Of a stretch of DNA of 64,000 nucleotides, positions 38,601-48,800 are shown piece by piece. The DNA is from Phoronis australis (Eukaryota; Animalia; Phoronida): assembly GCA_002633005.1 (NCBI GenBank), contig NMRA01000039.1:848335-912334 (forward strand), in the 5' to 3' direction. The position numbers and the translations under genes are program-made. The notes under the pieces are model-generated. The model saw nothing but the letters and a program-made list of their open reading frames with translations. It searched no databases and was not told the DNA's origin. The stretch's first letter is position 1, and every line of letters begins with the position of its first letter.

Positions 38601-40213
38601 AACAGAGTCAATGTGACTTGAATGGGACTGAACATGGTGTAAATGGGGAGTGAACATGGTGTGAATAGGGAGTGAACAGGGTGTGAATGGGGAGTGAACG
38701 TGGTGTGAATAGGGACTGAACATGGTGTGAATGGGGAGTGAATGAGAATGAACGTGATGTGAATGGGGAGTGAATGAGAATGAATGTGATGTGAATGGGG
38801 AGTGAATGAGAATGAACGTGATGTGAAAGCAATATGAACAGAGTCAATGTGACTTGAATGGGACTGAACATGGTGTAAATGGGGAGTGAACCTGGTGTGA
38901 ATAGGGAGTGAACATGGTGTGAATGGGGAGTGAATGAGAATGAACGTGGTGTGAAAGCAATATGAACAGAGTCAATGTGACTTGAATGGGACTGAACATG
39001 GTGTGTATGGGGAGTGAACATAATGTGAATGGACAAATTTTCTACAGCAGCACATGATGAAATACTCTAATGCTGGCAAGATAACTGTTCAAAGATCTAG
39101 GGCGGCGAGATGCAGTTTAATTTGAATCTGGACAAAAGCCAGTTACCTGTTGAACAGCTGTGATTAACAACAAGTCATCTTGCGGTTTCCACCTGCCCAG
39201 ATCTTTGGTCGTCGCGACAACAGGAAGTTGATGCTACAACGACAGATGGCAACATAATCAGTTTTTGGTTCAGGTCAACACCATAGTTTGGTAGATTTTG
39301 GGATCTTTCTGAGCAGTAATCTAGACTAAAACTTTATTTTATACGTGAAGCACTGGAGTAAAATACATTGAAATCGCATTGGACACCAACAGAAATCTGT
39401 GCAGGAAAATTCTACAAACAACAATCCCACGCAACATAAATAGATGGTGTCAATATTGCCCCCATTTGCTTTTACAACCTCTGGTTTCTTCAGAAATTTT
39501 ATTTTCACCTCACAGCAAAGCATTTTCATGCTAACAACTTTTAGGGAGTTACACAGTTTATTCGTATTTCCAATTATTTACCTTAACCTTTTTGTTTTTC
39601 TTCGAAGAGCTTGTCTTGGAGGGCTAAGGAGGGAAACACAACAGCAAATAAATTAGAGCAAAGTATTAACAGAGAAAATCAAGCCAACGTGTTCTTGAAC
39701 ACAGAAATAAGAATGAAAACGTTCACTATTCCCCATAAAGTTTCATCAGAGGTATTACCATGTTGACATCCATCTAAATCCCACTTTATTAGATCATTCT
39801 ACAGTATTGAAAGAACAATCGCTAACAACTCAAAAACCAGGTTTCAATTTTCCTTGGGTTCCAATTTGAAGCTTTTATTGGCAGAAAAAAACCCAAAAAT
39901 TACAAATAACTGTTGACAAAATATAACTGACCTTTTTCTTTTCAGCCACCACAGGCGGTGCTGGTGTTACCACGGCAACCACATCAGGCGACTCCGCTTG
40001 CTTCTCATTGCCACCGCCTGGAAGTGGACGCCCTCTCTCTGTCTTGATCAAACTACTTTCCACGAGCTCGTCATCAAACTTCCTCCGTTTCACAGACCGT
40101 GTTGAGTGTCGCCTTGTTTCTATACTAGATGAGGCTATTCTCCGCACAGGATGACTAAAGGTCAGTTTGCCCCTTGTACTGGACGCTGCGGTGGTATCGG
40201 GGGAGTCATCCAT
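20553..40213 (-). CDS. MCRS1: Microspherule protein 1 (MCRS1/MSP58; NSL and INO80 complex subunit, FHA domain); whole spliced CDS, 10 coding exons, about 448 aa
   Basis: Exons 40213-39932, 39623-39582, 39233-39147, 36126-36017, 35196-35088, 34315-34177, 33002-32898, 31804-31629, 23096-22881 and 20633-20553 all have GT-AG ends and compatible phases. The peptide contains MCRS1 hallmarks KRRKFDDELVESSL, DLGRWKPQDDLLLI, VLNFSDAED, DRRQKREIR, DFDNQTLGVLRGRLVRYLMRSREIT and DLSLEGPAWKISR. Confidence 0.97.
20725..20949. mobile_element. Small MITE with GGGGCCCATT termini (Harbinger-like)
   Basis: ggggcccattt...aatgggcccc; related end at about 16810-16835. Confidence 0.5.
22400..22789. mobile_element. 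MITE with ~22-bp TIRs and internal caacttg/caagttg subrepeats; related fragment at about 6480-6700
   Basis: cagtcctgtccacacacagcct versus agtctgtgtgtggacagcactg. Confidence 0.6.
22881..23096 (-). CDS. MCRS1: MCRS1 coding exon 9 (FHA domain)
   Basis: ITIGRATKDNQIDVDLSLEGPAWKISRRQGVIKLRNNGDF...NNSVVE; ttttag acceptor, GAG|gtgaga donor. Confidence 0.96.
24598..25650 (-). mobile_element. Non-autonomous Helentron-associated element (HINE/pearl-like), copy 1
   Basis: End aacaagagc with a short hairpin; subterminal inverted repeats (atgcgccc / gggtgcat); internal ~140-bp repeats; homologous to four other copies. Confidence 0.7.
25805..26505. mobile_element. MITE with ~45-bp terminal inverted repeats and 3-bp TSD (AAT); PIF/Harbinger-like
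   Basis: agagaggttacgcaaagcgacgtgaatgtgaatt... versus ...aattcacgttcacgtcgctttgcgaaacctctct; aat on both flanks. Confidence 0.8.
28065..29136 (+). mobile_element. tRNA-derived SINE split by a HINE insertion (parts 28065-28200 and 29031-29136)
   Basis: Both halves are colinear with 63541-63777; A box GTGGCCTAGTG, B box GGTTCGAGT. Confidence 0.72.
28201..29030 (-). mobile_element. HINE-like element copy 2, inserted inside a SINE
   Basis: Complete ends; terminal hairpin atgcgtccacata...tatgtggctgcat; degenerate ACGG microsatellite; splits the SINE at 28065-29136. Confidence 0.75.
31629..31804 (-). CDS. MCRS1: MCRS1 coding exon 8 (coiled coil; ELTIADRRQKREIR...RYLMRSRE)
   Basis: Closely matches the recalled vertebrate MCRS1 peptide; gtag acceptor, GAG|gttagt donor. 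Confidence 0.96.
32898..33002 (-). CDS. MCRS1: MCRS1 coding exon 7 (VQPIPRGDHVLNFSDAEDMINDDELKDSKDEILEH)
   Basis: Conserved VLNFSDAED; ctacag acceptor, G|gtaagt donor. Confidence 0.95.
33566..33759. repeat. 27-bp minisatellite, about 7 near-identical copies
   Basis: (aaatttgtgtaacggacaagttgagat)n with no spacers. Confidence 0.95.
34177..34315 (-). CDS. MCRS1: MCRS1 coding exon 6 (TSQPTVDVFQ...HWLLMKQYHLLPDQS)
   Basis: Conserved HWxLMKQYxLL; tttcag acceptor, G|gttggc donor; phase 1. Confidence 0.95.
34570..34669. repeat. 16-bp tandem repeat (tgaccttaagtgtgca), about 6-7 copies
   Basis: Direct reading of the sequence. Confidence 0.85.
35088..35196 (-). CDS. MCRS1: MCRS1 coding exon 5 (LGVQAIRQLHPDIVKSVQAKALYSKEEETLLGKIAS)
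   Basis: Conserved RQLHP and KALYSKEE; tttcag acceptor, gtagag donor. Confidence 0.93.
36017..36126 (-). CDS. MCRS1: MCRS1 coding exon 4 (TSDLTAVHLGVKFSCKFTLKEIQERWYSLLYDSVISK)
   Basis: Highly conserved peptide; ttacag acceptor, gtaagt donor; phase 2. Confidence 0.95.
36859..37820 (-). mobile_element. HINE-like element copy 3 (runs into an assembly gap)
   Basis: Same aacaagagcaacgcggagc end and internal repeats. Confidence 0.72.
38586..39032. repeat. Compound GTGAATGGGGA-type satellite next to an assembly gap
   Basis: Repeated gtgaatggggagtgaa units plus a longer unit (gtgaaagcaatatgaacagagtcaatgtgacttg) present three times. Confidence 0.9.
39147..39233 (-). CDS. MCRS1: MCRS1 coding exon 3 (HQLPVVATTKDLGRWKPQDDLLLITAVQQ)
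   Basis: Conserved DLGRWKP motif; gttgtag acceptor, CAG|gtaact donor. Confidence 0.95.
39582..39623 (-). CDS. MCRS1: MCRS1 coding exon 2 (PSKTSSSKKNKKVK)
   Basis: ccttag acceptor, AAG|gtaaat donor, 42 nt in frame; supplies the basic stretch before TKDLGRWK. Confidence 0.75.
39932..40213 (-). CDS. MCRS1: MCRS1 coding exon 1 (MDDSPD...KRRKFDDELVESSL...EKKK)
   Basis: ATG at 40213; acceptor ctacag puts the exon start at 40233; donor AAG|gtcagt; 94 codons, phase 0. Confidence 0.92.
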
Positions 40214-40949
40214 GACTAAACCGTACTAAAGACCTGTAGAACAAAAATATGCAATATGATTGAGTACTCAATAGAGCCATATGACAAACACTAAAGCCGA
40301 GTAAAAAAGTCCCCCAAATTAAAAAGCTTTGACAGTTTTTCATGAAACGCATGTTAAATCTATACATATGGTTAACACATATCCCAAATACTGATTTTGT
40401 GTGATTTCAGGAAACAAATAACAGTTAAAGCTGTATTTCACCTTGTTTTTAAGAGGATAAAAAATGAAAATCGAATTGGGCCTTTTTCTCTGACTCATAA
40501 AATCGGTCTCATAACATTCTTTACTGTGAGAGGATACCATTTCTGATACCAATTCAAGTTACAGGCAATGTGCACATGCGGGGCTGGCCAACCCAAATAA
40601 ACTCTGATGCGCTGCCTCGAGTCACTGATGCTTCAATGTTCCTGTTGATAACGGAAACAGAATCTTATTCACTATGGAATTTCACGGCACCAATTTTATA
40701 AGAGTACTAAAAGGCCTAATTCCATTTTTGTTTTACCGTAGCAGGCTAAACAGCATGTCAACGAGAACTGAGGTGACTCTGACCAGCACAGCCACAGGCT
40801 CTTCTGACCACAGTCGTGACTGATAACCACCACGAATTTCAACAGATGTCACGCAAGTTAGGCCACAACAAGAGACTGAGCGGTGCACATTGGTTGGTGG
40901 CTAACAGTTGCGATTAGTACAGACACCGATGTGGAGTGTTGTTGCCCTG

Positions 40950-41450
40950 TATAGCCAGTCGACGGGTTACGTGTTGCCTAACACTAACACAGTCAAAGCA
41001 CAATCGACGTAAATGCCCCTGAGTAGCGAGGACAACATAAGTCATCAAATCCCTTCGCGTATCTGTCACCGTGTTAAATTCGCTCACTACAATCGATAAA
41101 AAATCACTCAAAAATTTAATAAATGTGAATAAAAATTATCACAAAGTATGAAATAATATATTGTTTTACTTATCTGATAATCTTTTTTGTCGCAAAATTC
41201 GTTTAATAATACTTTGCACGAGTTTTTTTGCAGGGACGTGACCGATTTTTCAGACCAAAATGGCTGCCGGTAAAAATGACTGCTATTTGGTTTTCAACCC
41301 AGGAGAAGACTAAACTCGCGAATTTTTACGTGAAATTTCGTGAAAGAACAAAAGGGAGCCTTGCGAACACGATTATGTAAGTAGTTTTCACTTTCCTGCA
41401 CTTAAAAGTTGAAAAAGTCGCCTGTTCCCGCGATCTTCAAATTCGATCTG
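40950..41450. promoter_or_regulatory. Probable bidirectional promoter of MCRS1 and the ROCO-like gene; non-coding first exon of the plus-strand gene ends at about 41376
   Basis: Locally CpG-rich; YY1-like CAAAATGGCTGCC at about 41257; strong plus-strand donor AT|gtaagt at 41377; both start codons lie in exons preceded by acceptors, so upstream non-coding exons are required. Confidence 0.6.
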
Positions 41451-44387
41451 AATTTATTGGTATATAGCATAATTTGCGAATGTAATGAACTGTATTCCGC
41501 ACTAAAGGGTTCATTAATGAACTATTTCAAACACTTGTTCTAAATGAAAACTTCGTCAATTTCTGACAATCAGGCGAATTTCTGACTCACTTCGTAGTTC
41601 CGAGTACTGCCGCTAGGGGTGGTCCTGTGAATCGTATTGAATGTTTGGTTTACAACACTGAAGCACTTCAAATTTTCCTGATGAAAACTCAATGTAAAAG
41701 AAAACTAAACAGTTATTTCTCGTAGTGAGAACAATGATTCTTATATTTAAGTTTTTTTTTTCTATTTTGCTTCACATTTTTGTTGGTCAAACCACTGATA
41801 GACTTGGGTTGGCTTGTTGCCAGAGAGGTCCACACCCATTTTGCCTTATTGGTCATGACATTTTAGTCAGAATATGTCAAGATAGAAAATGAAAATATTT
41901 TAAGTTTAGATTAAACAAATATTACAAATGTACAGTTCTACTGCAGTCCTGTGTTTCCAAGACTTTGTGGTCCACTACTATGAAACACATGCTTTCGATA
42001 AACTTTTTTTCTGACCACGGGCCAGTATATATAATTTTTAACAGAACAATTGAGGTTTGCCTAGATTGTTCATAAATCTCACCCTGATCTATATCCTCCA
42101 GGTAAGCTTTGTTGGAAGTTGCTGTGGACCAAACCANNNNNNNNNNNNNNNNNNNNNNNNNNNNNNNNNNNNNNNNNNNNNNNNNNNNNNNNNNNNNNNN
42201 NNNNNNNNNNNNNNNNNTGGATGGCTCATGACAGGGTCTTCATTTTATTACATTGTTGTGGAAAGTTTATGTAAAAGTTTTATTTATTATATGTCTTTCA
42301 GAAGCTTGTATTAAAATGTTCTATTTATCATACCTGTCATCAATACATTTTTGAAATGATGCTTGTTTATCTTTAATTTTTACTTAATGTAATTGATTTT
42401 GACAAAGTTAAGCCGGTTACAAACTGCATGATTGTTAAAAACAATATCACAAATAATATCAATAATTTGCTCAATCAATTATCAAGTTTCAACTTTCCTG
42501 ATAAAAAATCTTTAAAATGATACCTTATTTGTTTTTTTCCTGGAGTAATTGTTATTTTATGAAAATTCGAAATCGCACAATTGTACATAGTGACTTCTCT
42601 TTGTTGACTGTGCTGACTTTAAGGTCAATATCTTCGCACAGGAACGTCTAATCAAAATGGGTTTTTGGCAAATTATTCATCATAAAAAGTTCTTTAAAAT
42701 GATGTATTACATGTCTATCTACGTTTCTTATTTTTGAAATCATAATATTTTGAACTCGCAGATTCGATTTGACAGAATTTTTACCAAAAATTTTGACACG
42801 AAAATGACATTTTCTCCGGAACCATCAATGCGATTTAAAAATTTTTTGTATCGTTATTTTAGTCTCGAAAAGAGCTTTCTAATGATGTATATTACATGCA
42901 CATTTTCTAAAATTTTTGAAAAACGTTGTCCTCCCTACCCTGAGCCTGAGACCGAGAGACCTAAAATTGGTGGTCGGACACCTGGATCGTCTTGTAGTCC
43001 ATTTAGCTCACAATTTCTAGACAAACTTTACGGTTTGGTAATTACTATCTTTTATATCATACATTAATACTACATTCAACATCTCCATGTAAAAGGTTTA
43101 CGCCAATATTGGACAAAATCACACAAGGAAAAACTCACACAACATCTTGCATATCCTAAACCTGTCGAAAGGTGGCACTCATGTAAATATACTTTTAAGA
43201 ATTTTTTTTTCAAATCTAAATTAGCAAAAAATTATTGAAATTTAAATTATCAAAAATAATAAATCTATGTAAAAAAGACAAAAAAATAAGCTTTGTAGCT
43301 TTTAAAATATTTTTGCAAAGATTGACCCCCGCTGTCATTTCCTGTCCATCTTGTGTGTCACCTGTCATCCTGTCTTGGAGACGAGACGCACTCCGTACCA
43401 GGAGGCCTCGGTTGATGCATCATTGTGTATGTTTTAGCTTACTATGCGTGTAGCTTTGTCTACACGAATACTGCTACGACTGTGAAAGCTAAGTTAACTG
43501 CTGTGGTCGACATATGAACAAAGTTTAAACCATATTCACAAATAAAATCAAAGCCGGGCGGTGGCGGTGGTAAAAGTTTCATGACGTCGTTCTCCAGACC
43601 AGTTCGGTGAATTTACCAGACGTTATCGAGGGTTGTGAGCATTATCATATATCATAGCACAGAGTCAGAGAGCCTTTCGAATGACGACCTGCCATTTTGT
43701 TCATTCTGTTCGTCGACACTAAGTCTAAGTGGCATGTGTGGCACTCTCACAAGGATGGTTGCTGAGGGCCTGATGTGCTGACCTGGGTGTTCACTCACTC
43801 CGCACTCACTCACTAGACACTTAAACTCCCCACTTAAACTCCCTTAAAGTTTCAGTGTAATGACATTGACACTCACTAGGTGTCAGTGTCACCCATCCTG
43901 TTGTCACACTTAGTGTCACTGTACAGGGATCGACATTTAGCATAATGTCAAGTTGCCCAAGTGTCGAGTGTGCGGAAAAAATCTCTAGTTTAGGACAATG
44001 ATAAATTATCTTGGTCAAGGTCGGAGCTCATCCTAAAATTAAGAAATAGACAATATAGGTCATCAAAAAGTGCAAGAATCACGAGAAAGACGAATTTTGC
44101 ATTGGCAGCTATTCATTATCTCGGGCTTAGTTGATACTATATTACAATGTCTGATATTTGCGAAATTTGATGAACAGACATTCATCACAAAGGGCCATTA
44201 TTATACTTATTATCAGTATACAGTCATCAAAAAGGCCATTATTATGAGCTCAAGAAGCTAATTCAGCTATGACTTTAGAGAGTAACACATCGACTGAGAT
44301 TCCCGTTGTGATTGCTAATATGGTGATCAAAAATCACTTGAAAATTAAAAGCAGATAATCAGGTATCAAAGTTACTTGGCTGTCAAT

Positions 44388-45115
44388 CTCCTAAACCGTT
44401 TGCAGGCTCGTTATTTAATTTAGCAAGTGTATTTATATGATGTTGACAATGGAGGATGACAACTTTTGGACGGATCTGACTACTGGTGTGCCCCCTAGTG
44501 GCAATTTTAGTTTTTTACGTTTACCAGTCTGTATCTTCAAAGGTCCTCTACAGATTTTCATAAAATTTTGAATATAGGCATCTATTGGTAAGATGACACT
44601 ATCCTCCTGTTTTTGGATGGAATCAAGGTATTTTGCACCCCCAAGTGGCAATTTTTACTGTTTTCAAATCTTGTTTTTGGCGTCTACCTCTCTATCAACC
44701 AAATCATTCTAGGGATGGTTTTGAAAATTGTCGTATATGTTTTCAGTGTCAAGAGGACGGTTGATGATGGCGGCTGACTACTGTGGCGCCTCCTAGTGGT
44801 AGTTTTGTTTTGTTTTGCACCATAGCTATATCTCCAAAACCCAATGCAGGATCTTTATTAGATTTAGTAAGTGAAATTATATGCAGATAACAAACGACAA
44901 CTTTCAGGCAGATCGAACGGATGCTGTGCCCACAAGTGGCAATTTCATTTTGTTCAGTTTTCCTTTGTTCTCTGAAGTTCCTTGACAGATTTTTCTGAAA
45001 TATGGCATGTTCCCGATTTTGGATGGATTGTACGTTTTTGCGCCATTTAATGTCCATTTTTATGATACAAATAAATAACCTAAAAGCGCATTTCAACGCT
45101 CTGCGTTGCTCTTGT
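44388..45115 (+). mobile_element. HINE-like element copy 4 (opposite orientation, truncated)
   Basis: Reverse complement of copies 1-3; ends with hairpin caacgc-tct-gcgttg then ctcttgt. Confidence 0.72.
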
Positions 45116-45742
45116 ATTGTATTATTATGATACAGCTGCTTTATCCCAAAACTTTATTAACTGTTCGCTTGGACAAACGCTTAGACATTAATTTGGCTGA
45201 ACCCTTGGGACTGAGCATCTAATAGGCATAAATGAAGCTGGGTTTTACTATCAAATTGAAAATCAATGAGAACAGCTGTGAGACGATAGAAAACAATTAT
45301 TTCATATGAGAGACTGGGCATTTCATTGTGGAAAGACGGAATTTCAAGTCTGATTTTCCTGACCTGTAGCATTTTTTGTCTTGGAAGTAAGACCCATGAC
45401 ATTAGCAAGAAGTAAGTTTTATATTTTCAGAAAGTAAGATCATACTTCTTTTGATGTCATAACCTGTTTCATAACATAAATGTGAAAAGTTTAATTTCAG
45501 ATATTCTATAGCCTTTTCCAATCATGAACTTGGCTTGAAGCATTTTTGTATCATTTTCATTTTTTCTGTTCCGGGTTTTCATGTATGTTGTACAATCTGG
45601 CAGTTTGATGTTACTTAGGAGATTTAATTTAGAAGTTAATAATTGTTAACTATGTATACTCTGATTATTTATATCTCTTTAAATTTCATTTCAGAACATG
45701 ATCTTGTACGAGGGAAGTATTGGGTAAACCAATTTCACTATC

Positions 45743-45826
45743 ATGGCAGATGGTGATGTCCTAGTTGTGGATATATCTGCATGGTTTGACCATAGCAGAG
45801 AAAGTTTTAACCAAGTAAAATTCACG
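45743..45826 (+). CDS. ROCO-like gene, first coding exon ([28 protein letters not shown])
   Basis: Acceptor tttcag ending at 45694, ATCATGG start context, donor ACG|gtaagc; phase 0 fits the next exon. Confidence 0.75.
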
Positions 45827-48800
45827 GTAAGCTTTAATTAATTCTTATGTTTTTGCTTGCAAAATTGGTTTTGTGTAGACACCATGTACAAAGAGAATTT
45901 GGTTGAAAATACTATAAGATATGTGGAGCAAAGCATCAGCTATTATTATGCGAATCACTTGAGAGTTTGCTAGTGGGTAAACCGTTTTTTAGTCAACAAA
46001 ATTTGTTCTGTTTTATTTATATCATAACTTTTACATAGTCTAAATACACTTTAAAAATAATAATTGCAGGCATCTCGGGTGGGCCCATTGCAGTGATGAC
46101 CTGGAACCATTTTTATGCTTTATTGATTATACAGTTAAAATCGAGCTGAGGAGATTGAGACCTGACAACGGCAGTGCTTGAAAAGTCCACATCGCTTGGT
46201 ATAGCCGAAGAGCGATGGAACGTTTAAAAGTGATCGCCAAAATGGCATCGCAAAAATGCCAAACTTTCCCAGTGCATTCTTTCTGTGATTTTCAAGATGC
46301 GTGTTGCACGTGTGGTTTTGTTTGTTTTGTATTACTTTGTCTACTCACCTCCTATTCTTGTCTTTCATTGAGTAGCAAATTTCACACAAAGGCATCGGTG
46401 ATTGGCACCTGAGGCGGTCATAGAACCATGTGCTTAAACTTTACCTTGACAATTCATTGAGTCACAGACACTCAAAATGTAAATATCCTAAACACAAAAA
46501 GTCACCTGCATTATTTGCTACCACCTTGACTGTTTGGATGATTTCCACCAACCTTCTTTCTGTCACCTGCTAATGCATCATTGGCATCAATTTTTCAAGT
46601 TAAACGCAGGAACCAATAAAAATCCCATACTCCCTATGTCACAGATTGGACATTATGGTCCTTAGCGGATGGTCTGTTCCCACTGTTACAGAGTAATTCG
46701 CTTAATGCGTATGTCACGCTTGCCCATTAACCAAACTTTGAAAGGAATTTTCAAATAATTTCCCTCCAAACTTTTGAGGGTTGTCGAGGGTTTAAGAGCA
46801 TTATTTTGTTTCAGAGAACTGGATGGGAAAATCATTTTTAGTATCAGTATGCCAAAACTGGGGTTTGGTATCCGTTGAAGCTTAGTGGTAACATTATAAA
46901 TCTTTTCAGGAGTATCTCAAGGAAATCAACAGTGAAGAACATGACAAGGCACTCATTATTTTCGATGGTGTTGAGCAGCTAACGGATGAAAGTCTTTACG
47001 TTCTGTCTGAAAGCAAGCATGCAGATCACCTCAGGAACATCCTCACAGATGTCTCTGCTGTAGGATGCGTACATCTCACCGACTGGGGTGTTAAGACTCT
47101 CGCGAAAGCATGTGCCAAACTGGAAAAAGTTAGTTATGATTCTTACCGCAGGGCAAAAGTTGTATTATTCATATTCCATTCATATGCCATCAAGGTTTTG
47201 TCAAATCTTCACTGATTTAATTGACTGTTTGAATATTTTGTCACCAGAGTTCCCATATTTTTTGTTAAAATACTCAATAATTGAAATGGTGGTTGATTTA
47301 CAATGGCTGTAGTCGTGTGAAATCCACCAAGGAGAACTTACTGCCAAATGACACGCTATATAAACATTTCATTTCCTCTTAAAATTTATGCAAATATTTT
47401 CTTGTATATATATGTATATACATTTAACTCTTAAAGGGACGTATTAGCTTTTATGGCCAAAAATGCATTTTTGGGATTAGTGTCGGATGGGATAGACTTC
47501 TTGAAGTTATTAGCTTTGACCAGAGTTATTAAACAGCTAAATCTGTTTTATATAATTATTAATTTGTAATTTTACTGAATATCGTCAATTTCCACCATTG
47601 CGTGCCAGCCATTTACTGAATTCAATGCGGGTGATTTTACCAGTCAACTACACTTTATGTACCCTGTCATATGTAGAGGTGGAGTTTAGCTTCACCAGCA
47701 GAGCATTGAACTGCGACCACCAAAGTTGTGAGTTAGATTCTGTTTTGGGGCTGACATGTTTCCGTAAGTTACATGTTACACGCTGGTATAATGGAGATGG
47801 TTATTATGACATATATCCATTCTTGGATCACAACCCTCACCAAGGATTATGAAATTTAACTCATTACAAATGGATGATGTATCTGGAACAAACCCCCTTT
47901 GAAAAGACATCTTTATTTGGAAGCTTATATCAAACAGATGTCTTTTTTGAGTCCAGTTTCTTAAGGTGGAACTTGCACGCTAATTTCTTATTTCTGGGAT
48001 GGCTGGGCCAAATTAGTTAGAAATGCAACACATAGAGCAAGGATGTGAATATGGAGTAGGTTGAAAAATGCCAAATGTTTAAAGAACGAGTTTTGTGTCG
48101 AAAATGATCCACCATAAATCACTCAACTGTATCCAGAAAGTATCGTGACGTGGTGTTGGGGATTAAGAACACTGCATGATGCAGGCTGTGTAAGGCCCCA
48201 TAAGGTTCGTCATTAGTGCAAAGGTTACCTATCTGTAGATTTTTTTGTTTTCAGATTTAGAAGTTGTCAGTGAATACAACTTTACTTTGTTTAGCGTACT
48301 GACGAAGTTCAAATAGCATTATCGTATTAAAAACGAAGTGTAAAGCCCTAAACCTGAATAAGTGCCGTATATACAATGAGGTTATTGTATTTTCATTAGT
48401 ATGTGAGACTTCGTTCTGTTTTCTGCCCTCAAGGTGACCTTGGACGGTTGCTTGCACTTGACAGACAAGTCCATCACATACTTGATGTTTTATTGCGACA
48501 GTCTCAAATCAATCAGCATGGTTGGCACAGGTGTCACCTATCTACCTCCGTTGTTGGACAACAAGTCTGTCGAGATTCGTGTCAACGGTTGCTCCATCTT
48601 TGACAATCAAGTGAAATCTAAGGATTGTAAGTACATTGGTTTTCATGCGCCCAGATATTTATATCTGGGTTCGTTATCACGTCCGTCATCTCTGTCCGTC
48701 ACTCTGTTCTTTTCATAGATAGGATGGATGGCATGAGCAAATGCTTGGACAGATCCGAAAACTGGTGTGCCCCCTGGTGGCAATTTTATTTATTTCCGTT

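Noticed and set aside
37799-39036. Long ORFs of 142-305 aa
   Set aside because: They consist of N-gap translations and His/Ser/Pro-rich satellite sequence.
46910-48626. Stand-alone F-box/LRR (FBXL) gene
   Set aside because: No F-box seen, only about three repeats, and the frame continues by splicing into Roc-like exons.
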